Shown here: positions 45,857-64,000 of the stretch, piece after piece
Position numbering within the stretch: the stretch's first letter is position 1
Layout: each line of letters starts with the position of its first letter
DNA from: the human T2T-CHM13v2.0 reference genome, Homo sapiens
Direction: 5' to 3' (one strand)
NCBI RefSeq assembly: GCF_009914755.1
Contig: NC_060931.1
Length of the DNA stretch: 64,000 nt
The notes under the pieces: generated by a model
Seen by the model: only the letters and a program-made list of their open reading frames with translations
Told to the model about the DNA's origin: nothing
Databases searched by the model: none
Program-made: the position numbers and the translations under genes

Positions 45857-47325
45857 AAATCAGTAAATTCAGCACATTGAAAAAAAGAGTGGTTAGGGAA
45901 CCATAAGTTGCATGTATGTCTGGGGTTCAGATCATTGTAAATAAGTCTCCCTCTAAAGTGTGCTCAACTGTATAAGATACTCTGGATCCTCTCAGCACAC
46001 TGGAGCCTCACTTTTGGTTCTGAGCACACTGCAGGGGAGAATGACTACTACGCCCTGTGTCAGGGTAGTAAGTGATCCTGAATCCATGGCCTATAGGATG
46101 TTTGAAGGAATGTTTAGTCTGATACAAAGCAGACCAAGCTGTCTTCAAACATAGGAAAAGTTGTTCTTGGGAAGAGAGAGAAGTATGTTCCAAAGAGCTA
46201 GATTTTTCGGAGGGCTAATGTTGCAGGAAAAAAGCCTTTGGCTCCATCAAAGTATCCCAGGGCTCCTCTGGAAGAGAATACGATGTCTCACGTGGGGGTG
46301 AGTTGAATCACATGGTGGCAAGGTGACCATCTGCTAGGGAAGTCATAGGAAAGTCTCTTCCACTTCTGAAACTCACTGACTCAGTGACAGTGCTTATCAA
46401 TTAAATTAACAAAGTGATCTAGGTTAAGCACTGACGCTTCAACAAGGACTCCATTTATTCTCTGCTCTTTGATGAATATTAGCTGTGACTCAAGACTTGG
46501 GAAAAATATTTAAACCTTCTTTACAGATCTATGAGTGAGAATCAAAATGGTATCCTGACACTTCGGCTTTCTGGCCTCTGCAGCGGGGGCCATGTAACCT
46601 CCTGCTTGGAGAACCAGGCTCTTATGTCTATGAATCATAGAAAACTACTTCAAACCAGAATAAGCAAAAACTATGGAATTTATCTTAGGATTTAACAGAG
46701 CTGTTTCACAAAATCCTACGGCAGGAAGCACAGTCGAGCCACATGGAATCCAGACTGGGAAAGTGATCAGGCAGCTACTCTTGATTTCTCTCTACCTCAT
46801 TGTCTCTCTCAGGATGTCTCAATCTCTGTGGCTACATGGTTTCTTTTAATACTGTTAATCAGCCCATTAGTTTCATTCTTCTCTCTGCAGATGAGCTTCC
46901 TTCACTCTTCCACATGCAGTGCTGCCTCACAGGTCTATGTGCATGCTTAAAGCCATTTCCAAATTCCTGGTGGAGTGTCTTGATGCTCTGAGCTTGGATC
47001 AAGTGTCCATGCCTGCTGTGCATGGCCAGTTATCAGTGGCAGGAGGTAGAAATGTAGTCTCAGGGTTTGTCTCTATAGGTAGAAGGTAGATTTCAGAGAA
47101 ACAGAGCAGCTAATGAACTGAACTGATACTCTGAACATTTTCAGGCAAACCTCTAACTCACAGGGTTATGAGGATCACATATTGTAAGGTACATAGAACA
47201 TGTGACCCATAGACATCCAGTTAATGTTAGTTTCCTCTCCTTTATTTCTGAACCTCAGTTTTTTATGTAAATTAGAAAACAATATCATGACTCATTTAGT
47301 ATGTGAAAATCATAAAGATGGTATA

Positions 47326-47703
47326 TGTATTAGTCTGTTCTCCTGCTGCTGTGAAGAAATACCTCAGACTGGGTATTTTGTAAAGGAAAGAGGTTTAATT
47401 GACTCACAGTTCAGCATGGCTGGGGAGGCCTCAGGAAATTTACAATCATGGTGGAAGGCAAAGAGGAAGCAAGGCACCTTCTTCACAAGGCAGCAGGAAG
47501 GAGATGTGCAAGCAGGGGAAATGCCAGACACTTATAAAATCATTAGATCTCAGGAGAACTTGCGCACTGTAACGAGAACAGCATGGGGGAAACTGCCCCC
47601 ATGATTCAATTACCTCTCCTGGTCCTACCTGTGACACGTGGGGATTATGGGAATTACAATTCCAGGTGAGATTTGGGTGGGGACACAGAGCCAAACCAAA
47701 TCA
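47326..47703 (-). mobile_element. THE1D/MSTA-like MaLR solo LTR
   Basis: tgtattagtctgttctc..gacacagagccaaaccaaatca; 5-bp TSD GTATA at 47321-47325 and 47704-47708. Confidence 0.93.
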
Positions 47704-48865
47704 GTATATGTGAAAGGACTTTGCAAACTTAAAAGTAAAATAGAATCATAATTTACTTCCCTATACTTCGTTCTAGCAACTCCAGGCATCCACAGCTGGA
47801 GTTCCCTGAGGCAGATGGCTTGGATCTCTTACTACCATATCTTTGGTCTCCTCCTGTTACATGCCTTACCTTTGTGGGTTTGTCTAGTTTCTATCGTGTA
47901 GATGCACTGTCTGGCATGGTCATTGTCCAGATCCTAGTAAGAGCAAATTACTAATTTTCAAGTCTGAATCAGTCCAATTTATAAAGTTGTTTTTTTTTTT
48001 TTGTTTTTCTTTTTGTTTTTTTCCTGATCTTCTATGCCCTTACCTACGGAGCAAAATCAATAGACAAAATGAAAGTTCATCTGTGCGTATATCTATGGCC
48101 AGATAGGACTACTCTGGAAATTTTGGCTATTTCATTCACATCAGCTACCAACTGGCAAGCAATTGATCATACTTGTTTTGCTATTTCAACCACCTTAATG
48201 ACTAAATTGGACCGACCACTTCTTATTTAGTCATTCTGTAGATAAACTGGGGTGGGGCTGGAAACTGTTAATTCAGCTGTGTGCATTAGACATGCTCCCT
48301 ACTCAGCTCTTCAGGTAGTGTCACACTGATAACATATACTAATTCATATTAGAAGATGCAGACCGAAGTGTCATTTGCTAGGACTTCAACCCAATAAAAA
48401 TACTGAATAAAATCAAGAACCATGAACATGATCCGTGTTGTATTTTTTACCATTCCTAATCAATATGTACAACTTTAGTAATGTTTTTATATTGACATTA
48501 TTGGAAATGAGGTAATGTACATAAATGGATTTCCCTGATAATTTCACCTTCCTCCTTCAGTGGCATGAAAAAAATTAACTACTTTTGGATGGCAGTTTCA
48601 AAAACGTATCACATAAATCTAAAGCAATAAAAAAACCTAATCTAAATACAGCACACCCTTGGTATTTGTAAAGACTTTTCCTGAGGTCTTTGCCTGCCCT
48701 CAAGATTGAAGCTACAGGAATGTTTGTACAGAGGCCTGACTTTCTCATGGGTTATATTTATCACAAATTTTAACTTTCACTAATGTTGTGTCCTCATATA
48801 ATGGAGATAGCAAAGAAGTACAACTCGTAGCATGGGATGAGTCATGTCATATGTGATTCTGAATG

Positions 48866-49420
<555 letters not shown>

Positions 49421-50142
49421 GATTTAAATTAATTACAATTATAGAGAACAAAATATTGGACTTGAGATATGCATTCTGCCTAGGGATGGGTGGCAGGCTC
49501 ATATGCTAGCAAGGTGACTTGAAGTTCACAGAATTCAAATTTGTGTCTTAGCTAACTTTCAAATTTTATCACAAACTTTTAGGGACATGATGAATAAGTC
49601 AAAATTATTATTTTCAAACCCAGTAATGTCAGAACTTTATTGTAATCACAATATTTCTCTCCCAAACATCTCACTTGTAATAAAAAAAAAAAAGAAAGAA
49701 AGAAAAAGGCCGAAGATTTAATATGCAGTTCCCAAGATATAACATTGATTTGTGGTCAAATAATATAGGCTAAGCCGCTTAAACATTTTGAATTTGCTCC
49801 CACATGGTGACAAATTTTTTTTTTTTTTAACAGAAAGAATTGTTTAACACGTTTCATCTTTGAAGTCCTTTTTGGAAAGTATTAGATAAACTTTGATATT
49901 TTTACCTAAAATCATCCATCACTTCTCAGTAAATCCTTTACTGGAAATGTGAATACCATCCCAGTGGAGTTAAAATGGGCCCAGAAGCTGAGAAATTTGC
50001 TGTATGAGAAAATAAAATCTAGGGAGCTCTAAGGTCTGAGTTGGTATGATTTTATATAACAAAGTCAATTACAGCCATAACTGCTCTCTACTTACTGAGA
50101 CCTAATTTAAACTAACATCATTTCAAATAATACTCCTTGAGA

Positions 50143-50169
50143 ACTAAATCCTTTGCTTCTTAGGTAAGT
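50143..50169 (+). other. Recursive-splice-site-like motif: polypyrimidine tract, TAG acceptor, immediate GTAAGT donor
   Basis: actaaatcctttgcttct-TAG|GTAAGT in TE-free sequence; motif seen directly, function unproven. Confidence 0.4.
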
Positions 50170-51670
50170 AAAACTCTCTTTTGACTTCAAAGGGAGTTTT
50201 GCCGACCTTTAGAAAGCAGTTTATGTTTCTAGTCATATTACCCTTATGTGATCCCCTTTTTCTCTATACTTTTGAGTTCCTTGATGTCTGAAAATTCTGA
50301 TGGATATTAGTGGTGCAACTTCCATGCTAGTTTGCATTAATGTCTCTCCCCTTCGCTTCAACTGTTTAAGTAGCTTTTAAGAAAAATTATGTTGGCATGC
50401 TCCCGAGAAATTGCACATTGTGATAGATATAATTATCTTAAAAATAGATCAATATGTATTTAAAATACTAGGGAGTGTGTTTTATAAGACAGTATATGGT
50501 CCATAGCACTGGCATGATGAACAGATGCATATATTGTTTTTGCTCTGCTGCTCTAGGAAAGCACTTTTTAATTGCACGTATGGGTCATGTAAAAAAGTAG
50601 AGAAGCTATACCAAAGTACTTCAGCAATTAATATTTTTTAAAATTGATGATATACAGCCCATTAGCTCTTTTGGTTCCTTTCCAGTGAAAATGCCAGTCT
50701 TCCTTACCAGTCTTCCAGTCTTCCTTACCTTTCTGAAGCATGAGCAGAAATCAGGTTTTCTCTCTTGGCAAGTCAAAGCTAATTTCACTCAATAGATTTA
50801 TGCAAATTGATATTTCAGATGAAGATGTCTCAAGGAGAGGTCAAGAGAAGGTCCCAAATGGGATTTGGTTTCAAAGGGCAAATAAGAACTCCAGACTCAT
50901 TTGTTTTCATCAATATTTTGCTGTACCCACGATACATATGTCATAATCAAATTCAGCCTGAACAGGGAAGCCTAATCATAATGGTGGTGCCTGGCTCTAG
51001 AGTTGAGATATATTCATATAACATGCTCTGTTCCCCTCTTTGCCGTCAATCATTATTGCATTTCACTTTGGGGAAGTAATGAATACCAAGTTTAGTTGTT
51101 GGAGTTGTATTCTTAATTAATTGAGATTATGTGATTATAACTAAGATTTTGGCAGCAGTGGCTAGCAGAGACTTATTAACGATGATCAATTATGACCAGG
51201 TGGACTTTTTGACAGCTGATTTTTACCTGACAATATGTGTAAAGGTTTTAATTAAATAAGTAGAGCTAACAAGCTGACCTCACCATCTGCTGTTATTTCT
51301 CTTCCTGGGTAGATCATTCCATTCCTTGCATAGGAACGAGTCCTCTTCATTGCAGCCCCCTTTCATTTGCTCAGCACAGAACTTACAATTCATCTGTCAG
51401 TATGGCCAGTGGTTGAGTACCTATTTATAGTCCATGATAGCACCATGACCAAAAAACAATTTTCCAAAACCAGTTGCTGAGGATCTAAACAATCCCATTC
51501 TTGCTCCAAACCAAAGAAAGAAAATTAGGCCCCTTTCTCTTTTGTCCAGTCAATAATGGCTTCACATCAAGGAAGTCTAGAACCTGAAATGCTTGCTTTG
51601 CTGTCATGATTGTTGGCAGCTATAGTGACATGGTGTGATAATGCCAGTGACCCAGGTAAACACAAGCAGA

Positions 51671-52122
51671 GTAGTGGAGCTGCTGTGCCTGGCTGAGGTC
51701 CCCTTCAGGACTGAACCATCTGTTGCTGGCAGTGTGGGCACAAATAACTCACAGATGTGTCCTCACTCCCACCCATACCCCCATTATTTATCCTTAGCCC
51801 AGGGAGCTGCCTCACTCTGGGCTACATCACCCTAGCTACACCCTGAGCCCCAGCAGTTGCCATCTAATGATTGGTCAATGCAGGGGTAGAAAGGCCTGAC
51901 CCCTTGTCTCAAACTGAGACAATTGTGAGAGGCCAACTGTGCTCCAAGCTGGCTGCGGGATCACTGAGGCTTCTTTGGTAAGAATATCTCAATTTACCTT
52001 TTCTCTCTACCTACTCTTTTTTCCCCTCACCCCTCACAATGCTGTTTGTGAGTTCCCCAAGAACCATCCTGCAAGCAAATCTCTTTCTCAGAGTCTGTTT
52101 CCTGGACACCCGAGCTACAACA
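51671..52122 (+). mobile_element. LTR16-family ERVL LTR
   Basis: ccccttcaggactgaa..aatgattggtcaatgcaggggtagaaaggcctgacccctt..aaatctctttctcagagtctgtttcctg. Confidence 0.78.
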
Positions 52123-52584
52123 TACAGTGATGACACAGAGCTTGCTTGCAAACAAAGATTGTACTGATTTTTGTGCCTTAAGACTGATTTCACACTTCTA
52201 TGTGTCTTTTCTATGAGGAAGAGAGAGACTGTGGCTTTATCCTGCACTTCATTATGGATACAGTAAAGGAAAGGCTACATTTCATTGGAAGTACTCACAC
52301 ATACTTTTTCAGTGTGTATTGTCATATCAGACATACCTAAAACACTCATGTATTCAGTCAAGGGCTTCAGGGCATGAATTGACTTTGAATTGACTTAGCA
52401 ATGCTTGCTGTCCATATCTTCTCTAGTTAGATGGAGCATTCTTCTATTTCCTTCCCCTACAGTGGTCCTCTACTGTAACTCCTAGCTATTCTCAGAAGCT
52501 ATAGGTTTATCCCCCAAATTACTTTGTGTACCATAAGAGTTTGGTTTTGGGCAAGCTAAAATTGAGATGCTTATAAGACATTCA

Positions 52585-52989
<405 letters not shown>

Positions 52990-53174
52990 TCATCTAGGGA
53001 GAGAGAAAAGAGGGTTTAGGGTAAGCTTGAATAAACCAAACTTAGGGGCCTGGGAGAAGATACAGAACCTACAAAGGAGACTGAGAAGGAGCAGCCAGAG
53101 AGAGAACTAGGACAGTATGGTATCCTGGGAGCCAGGGTGCTTCAAGAAGGATGGGGTTGTCAACTGTGTGATTT

Positions 53175-53850
53175 TTTCCTTTTCAATGATGGCTTTATTG
53201 AGATCTAACTCATATACCACAAAGTTTACCCTTTTAAAGTGCAGAATTCAAAGACTTGTGCATCTAATTTCAGAACATTTGCATTCCTCCTTTGTCGAAA
53301 TAGAAACCCTGTATTCATTAGCAGTCATTTCCCCATTCTCCCTCTCCTCAGCCCCTGGCATTCTCTAATCTACTTTCTGTCTCTATGGATTTGTCTCTTC
53401 TGGATATCCCATATAAATGAAGTCATACAATATGTAGCCCTGTGTGGCTGGCTTCTTTCATTTACATTTTCAGGATTTACCGCATTGTAGCATTACCCGT
53501 ACTTCATTTCTCTTTTATTGCCAAATAATATTCTGTTACATAGATATACCACATTTTGCTTATTATTCATCAGTCAGTGAACATTTGGGTTGTTTCTACT
53601 TCTGGGGCTATTATAAATGATGCTGCTATGACCGCTCATGTATATGTTTTTGTGTGGTGTGTTTTTCAGCTCTCTATACAATCTAGACTCAAGTCCCTAG
53701 CCAGAGATATGATTTGCAAATATTTTTCTGTCATTCTGTGGCTTGTCTTTTTACTTTCTTAGTGGTGCACTTTGAAGCACAAAAGTTCTTAATTTTGGTG
53801 ATGGGCAACGTATCTATTTTTAATTTTGTTGCTGTGCTTCTGGTGTCATG
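53175..53850 (-). mobile_element. L1MB 3'UTR and ORF2-end fragments
   Basis: ctaatctactttctgtctctatggatttg..tggatatcccatataaatgaagtcatacaatatgtag..gatttgcaaatatttttc. Confidence 0.85.
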
Positions 53851-54473
53851 GTCAACTTTGCTTTGAATTCTGCAAGACTGGGTAAAGTGAAGACAGAGAA
53901 ACAAAGACAAATTTGGTGATGGAAGTAACTTATGATCTGGAAGAAGGTTTATAAAGTTTTGGGGTTGAACTCCTAATGCAGTGAATCATGAGGGCCTAAA
54001 GAGAACACATAAATCAACTCTTGGACCTGAGGTACATGGAGTCTAAGAGAAAACACAGCCTCCATTGGAATGGGCTGCAACTTGCATGGGAAGCGTTCAT
54101 AGGGGATGTGAGCTTTTAGGTAAGACGAATATTCAGAAAAGAGGTTAAAGACAGAATAGTTTAGTGATCAGTGTTTGGGAGTCAGAGAAGGTATAGGGAA
54201 GGGTTGGGGAGCTGGTGTATGATAGATTGAGTCACTTCGAGGGAGGGGAATACATTCTCTTTTTTTTTTTTAATACTTTAAATTCTGGGATACATGTGCA
54301 GAACGTGCAGGTTTGTTACACAGGTATACATGTGCCATGGTGGTTTGCTGCACCCATCAATCTGTCATCTACATTAGATATTTCTTCTAATGCTATTACT
54401 CCCCTTGCCCCCCACCCCCCGACAGGATCCGGTGTGTGATGTTCCCCTCCCTGTGTCCATGTGTTCTCATTGT

Positions 54474-58571
<4,098 letters not shown>

Positions 58572-58634
58572 TATGATGCTACCTGGATATTTTGCCCATT
58601 AGTTGATGTACTTTCTTAATAGTGTTGATGGTCT

Positions 58635-59655
58635 TTACAATTTGCTATGGTTTTGCAGTGGCTCATACCAGTTTTTCCTTTCCATATTTAGTGCTTCCTT
58701 CAGGTGCTCTTGTAGGCAGGCCTGGTGGTGACAAAATCTCTCAGCATTTGCTTGTCTGTAAAGGATTTTATCTCTCCTTTCCTTATGAAACTTAGTTTGG
58801 CTGGATATGAAATTCTGGGTTGAAAATTCTTTAAGAATGTTGAATATTGGCCCCCACTCTCTTATAGCTTGTAGGGTTTCTGCAGAGATGTCTGCTGTTA
58901 GTCTGATGGGCTTCCCTTTGTGGGCAACCCAACCTTTCTCTCTGGCTGCCCTTAAGATTTTTTCCTTCATTTCAACCTTGGTGAATCTGATGATGATGTG
59001 TCTTGGAGTTGCTCTTCTCGAGGAGTATCTTTGTGGTGTTCTCTGTATTTCCTCAATTTGAATGTTGGCCTGTGTTGCTAGTTTGGGGAAGTTCTCCTGG
59101 ATAATATCCTGAAGAGTGTTTTCCAACTTGGTTCCATTCTCCCCATCACTTTCAGGTATACCAATCAGATGTAGATTTGGTCTTTTCACATAGTCCCATA
59201 TTTCTTGGAGGCTTTGTTCATTCCTTTTCATTCTTTTCTCTCTAATCTTGTCTTCACACTTTATTTCATTAAGTTGATCTTCAATCTCTGATATCCTTTC
59301 TTCCACTTGATTGATTCAGCTATTAATATTTGTGTATGCTTCATGAAGTTCTTGTGCTGTGTTTTTCAGCTCCATCAGGTCATTTATGTTCTCTAAACTG
59401 GTTATTTTAGTTAGCATTTCTGGTAACCTTTTATCAAGGTTCTTAGCTTCCTTGCTTTGGGTTAGAACATGCTCCTTTAGTTCAGAGAATTTTGCTATTA
59501 CCCACTTTCTGAAGCCTACTTCTGTCAATTCATCAAACTCATACTCCCGTCCAGTTTTGTTCCCTTGCTGGCAAGAAGTTGTGATTCTTTTGGAGGAGAA
59601 AAAGCATTTTGGTTTTTGGAATTTTCCTCAGCATTTTGCACTGGTTTTTCCTCAT
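58635..59655 (-). pseudogene. L1 ORF1p, frameshifted
   Basis: QSLQEIWDYVKRPNL, IQRTPQRYSSRRATPRHIIIRF, KGKPIRLTAD; ATG at 59655. Confidence 0.93.
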
Positions 59656-60969
59656 CTACCTTTGATCTTTGATGCTGATGACATTTGGATGGGGTTTTTG
59701 CGTGGGTGTCCTTTTTGTTGATGTTGATGTTATTGCTTTCTGTTTGTTAGTTTTCCTTCTAACAGGCCCCTCTGCTTCAGGTCTACTAGAGTTCACTGGA
59801 GGTCCACTCCAGACCCTGTTTGCCTGGGTATCACCAGCAGAAGCTGCAGAACAGCAAAGATTGCTGCCTACTCCTTGCTCTGGAAGCTTCGTCCCAAAGG
59901 GGCACCTGCCAGATGCCAGCTGGAGCTCTCCTATATGAGGTGTTTCTCGACACCTGCTGGGAAATGTCTCCCCATCAGGAGGCATGGGGGTCAGGGACCC
60001 ACTTGAGGAGGCAGTCTGTCCCTTAGCAGAGCTCAATTGCCATGCTGGGAGATCTGCTGCTCTCTTCAGAGCTGGCAGGCAGGAATGTTTACCTCTGCTG
60101 AAGCTGCACCCACAGCCACCCCTTCCCCCAGGTGCTCTGTCCCAGGGAGATGGGAGTTTTATCTATAAGCCCCTGACTGGTGCTGCTGCCTTTCTTTCAG
60201 AGTTGCCCTGCTTAGAGAGGAGGAATCTAGAGAGGCAGTCTGGCTACAGTGGCTTTGCTGTGCTACAGTGGGTTCTGCCCAGTTCGAACTTCCTGGGGAT
60301 TTCATTTACACTGTGAGGGGAAAACCCCTACTCAAGCCTCAGTAACGGTGGGTGCACCTCCCCCAACCAAGCTCCAGTGTCCCAGGTAGACTTCTCACTG
60401 CCAGCACAGCAGTCTGAATTTCAAGCCAGTGGATCTTAGCTTGCTGGGCTTCATGCGGGTGGGACCCGCTGAGCTAGACCACTTGGCTCCCGGGCTTCAG
60501 CACCCTTTCCAGGGGAGTGAACAGTTCTGTCTCGCTGGTGTTCCGGGCACCGCTGGGGTACAAAAAAAATCTCCTGGCAGCTAGTTCGGTGTCTGCCCAA
60601 AAGGCCACCCAGTTTTGTGCTTGAAACCCAGGGCCCTGGTGGTGTAGTCACCCAAGGGAATCTCCTGGTCTGCGGGTTGCCAAGACCATGGGAAAAGTGC
60701 AGAATCTGGGCTGGAGTGCACAGTACAGTCCCTAATGGCTTCCCTTGGCTGGGAGAGGGAGTTCCCTGACCTCTTGCACTTCCTGGGTGAGGCGACACCC
60801 CAACCTGCTTCAGCTCACCCTCTGTGGGCTGCACCCGCCATCTAACCAGTCCCAATGAGATAAGCCAGGTACCTCAGTTGGAAATGCAGAAATCACCCAC
60901 CTTCTGCGTTGGTCTCGCTTGGAGCTGCAGACCACAGCTGTTCCTATTCAGCCATCTTGTGAAGACTCA
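59656..60969 (-). promoter_or_regulatory. L1 5'UTR internal promoter, CpG-decayed, with YY1 core
   Basis: CAAGATGGC (plus strand gccatcttg, 60951-60959) near the 5' end followed by gaataggaacagct. Confidence 0.75.
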
Positions 60970-61317
60970 GGAATACATTCTTAACAATCCTTTGTCTTTG
61001 CATCACTAGAACAAGAGTCAAAGTCCAGAGGTGATACAGCCAGCTAGAGACCTCTGATTGCCAAGGAGCAAAGAGAAGCAAGGTCTAGCACTCTCAGCTT
61101 ATAAGTGGGAAAAGCATCACCTTCCCCCACACGACCCACAATGGAGGCTTCCCTCAAATGGCAGTGGGGATTGGATTCTGGGTAATACCCTTTCCCCAAA
61201 ACACAAAAATCTGCTACCTACATACATGGTCAAATTTTTGTGTCTATTTTAAAAGACATTTTCAGATAAAATTTTCTAGACTAGGCGAGAGATTCAACAT
61301 CAAATCCACATATCTGA

Positions 61318-61640
<323 letters not shown>

Positions 61641-61659
61641 TGATTTTCTATCACTTTTA

Positions 61660-61956
<297 letters not shown>

Positions 61957-62399
61957 TGATTTTCTATCACTTTTACATGTGCATGTTTGGCCTGGATGGT
62001 TTAAGACATGAATTTGATCTAATCAGCCTTAGATATTTTGGGAGAATATAGCCTTCAAAAATGTTTTTAAGGCATCATGTAATTCTTAAGTATTTTCAAC
62101 GCATGCACGTGTGCATGCACATAAACGCACAGAACACTCACTGAAAATATTCTTTCATATATATGTAAAAATATACCAAGTGTGTTGGTTTATCATTTTC
62201 TACGTACAGCTTACTGGCACAAAAGTCCAAAAAGAAGCCCTTGCAAACATGATTTAATTTTATTGACACACCTTGCATCAATTTTCTAATTCAAATTCTA
62301 CATGCAATGGTTAGGATTCATTCTAAACTGCTTAAGTACTGTAGAATAAATTTGATAGAAGGTCCTTCCCCCTACCACACACACGATAATTTAAAGGTT

Positions 62400-62732
62400 C
62401 TAGGATGGGTAAATGGCTCTGCTACATAACTAGTTATCTCTGCCTTCAATGTGTAACTTCTGTCTCTAGGCCCAAGACCGCAGCTGCAATTCATTTTCAG
62501 CTGGCAGTGAGGGGAAAAGGCTTTAGTGCAGGGCAAGCAGCTATGAGTTGTCCCAGAATTTGCATACATCGCTTATGATCACTTGCTATTGGCCTGAATT
62601 TAGTCACGTGGCCATTCCCAGTTTAAAGGGAAGCTGAGAAATAGTCTCTGCCATGAGCCCAGCTAAAATACAGGGATTCTAGTACAAAAGGAAGGAGAAA
62701 ATGGATACTAGGGGGTTAGCAATCTCTACCAA
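62400..62732 (-). mobile_element. MLT1J/I-like old MaLR LTR
   Basis: attggcctgaatttagtcacgtggcca..aagggaagctgagaaat..aaggaaggagaaaatggata; left boundary approximate. Confidence 0.65.
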
Positions 62733-63494
62733 ATCAGTGGCATCTGATGTGTGAAAGTTTACTAGTTTTTCCACAGTTAACTCAATCTTTGTTTCAATGA
62801 AGTATAAAGAGGAATGTCTTGTTGAACAAGGAACCTCTTCCTGTTCCTTTCAGAGGAGAGAGGCAGTAGGCATTAGATAGAATCAAGAATATGGGGACAA
62901 AGAAAGAATATAAGAACTATGTGGGTTTATAATCCAAGCTTTGATATTTACTGGCTCTGTGACTTTGAGTAAACTGCTTTTCGTGTGCTTCAGTTTCCTC
63001 ATTAGGATGATAGGAAAGAAAGTAGTTGGAATAGGGTTTGGGTTATAGGATTCACTCAGTTAATACTTATTTTATCTACTGAGGGTAATTATTAATAATT
63101 CCTTTTAGCTAATATTTTTAATGAAATATTCTGAAACTGTTATTAGTATCGTTCTACTATGAGAAGTACTTTTCAAAGAGCAGTCGTGGCCCTGTTGAGT
63201 TGATTTCACCTCTCATCTTCTGAAACTTTTCCAACTTCATTTCTTCTTACTCCTCCCCTGTGATTCTTTTCATTCCCAACACCTAGCTGCTTCCTGCCTT
63301 GGCTCATTCTGTTTCTTCCTTTCAATCCCTTCCAGACAGTTCATACTCACAACTTTTTCACACTTTCATCTCAAATTATTCCCCAAGCAACTCTTATCTA
63401 CTCCCACTGCTGGAGCACCTCAGGCTTCCCTACATTGGAGATGCCCATTTAACCATCCTCTCTTGTACTAGTTTATATGGCATTCTGGTCTCTC

Positions 63495-63715
63495 TGGCTG
63501 ACACTGTTACCTGCCTCCCAAATATCCACTGCTCTCTTTTGCTTGCTATTAGAAACCCAATTTTATTCAAGGCAGTGATATGTTCACCAAGTAAAATGTT
63601 TACTATCCTAGCCTACCATGCAGCTAGAGATAACTGTGCAACAGTTCTGGCAAATGAGATGTACTGGTGTCTGTTTAGGGATTTGGGATATTTTTACCTA
63701 TAAAAAAGGGAGACA
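63495..63715 (+). mobile_element. MLT1J/I-like LTR, 5' part
   Basis: cccaaatatcca..tagaaacccaatttt..gcagctagagata..cagttctggcaaatgagatgta. Confidence 0.6.
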
Positions 63716-63716
63716 T

Positions 63717-64000
63717 TGTTAAAAAAATTATCCTGACACTAGTTAAAACAGTAAGACAGGCTTTATTCAGGAGTATTGTAATGGGTGCCAACACAATCAC
63801 AATAGGGGAGCTTTGTCAAGCTCAACTCTGAATACAGTAAAGACACCTGGGGACTTACAGCCAATGAGAAGGATGAACGGTTATTGGATGGAAAATAAAT
63901 AACTCAGAGAAGATCTCAAGGGTAGGGGGATTCTTGCTAAACTGACCTGACAGCATTGTTGCTGAAGACAGGCCAGGGTGATCAGATATCAAGGATGGGT
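63717..64000 (-). mobile_element. MER31-like ERV1 LTR running off the window
   Basis: tgttaaaaaaattatcctgacact..gctaaactgacct..gctgaagacaggccagggtgatcagatatc. Confidence 0.7.

Noticed and set aside
54110-54126. Other AG|GTAAG motifs (also near 18225 and 35147)
   Set aside because: No proper pyrimidine tract or located within TEs; expected by chance
60345-60560. L1 antisense ORF0
   Set aside because: The position matching the ORF0 start reads ACG (60345-60347), and the downstream sequence diverges from the ORF0 I recall
60824-61009. 61-aa ORF reading out of the L1 5' end
   Set aside because: Generic antisense translation of the L1 5'UTR from a GTG start; no support for expression
63299-63703. 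134-aa ORF
   Set aside because: Low-complexity composition, TTG start, runs through L2-like and MLT1 sequence

Overview
This is primate (most likely human) non-coding genomic DNA, not microbial. It is AT-rich and dominated by transposable elements: about 30 Alu elements or fragments (FLAM/FRAM, J, S, Y), one full-length but dead L1PA7-like LINE-1 (54259-60969, minus strand, TSD intact), older L1M, L2, CR1/L3 and MIR fossils, about 20 LTRs (THE1, MST, MLT1, MLT2, MER39, MER4, MER41B, MER34, MER31, LTR16) and DNA-transposon relics (MER3, MER5, MER44, MER47, MER58). I find no host protein-coding exon, RNA gene or CRISPR array; the listed ORFs are TE-derived or chance. Most LTRs and the full-length L1 lie on the minus strand, which suggests a long intron of a plus-strand gene. 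Best leads: (1) a recursive-splice-site-like motif (polypyrimidine-TAG|GTAAGT) at 50161-50169 whose donor is sequestered in a hairpin that is more stable on plus-strand RNA; (2) a nested cluster of four LTRs containing a MER41B with one intact STAT GAS site; (3) two Alus of different subfamilies separated and flanked by three identical 19-bp TSD copies; (4) homeodomain/PBX/MEIS motif clusters and a structured unique element; (5) several mechanistic TE fossils. All subfamily names come from recalled consensus sequences, not a RepeatMasker/Dfam run. I cannot identify the locus and cannot claim a new biological system from sequence alone.
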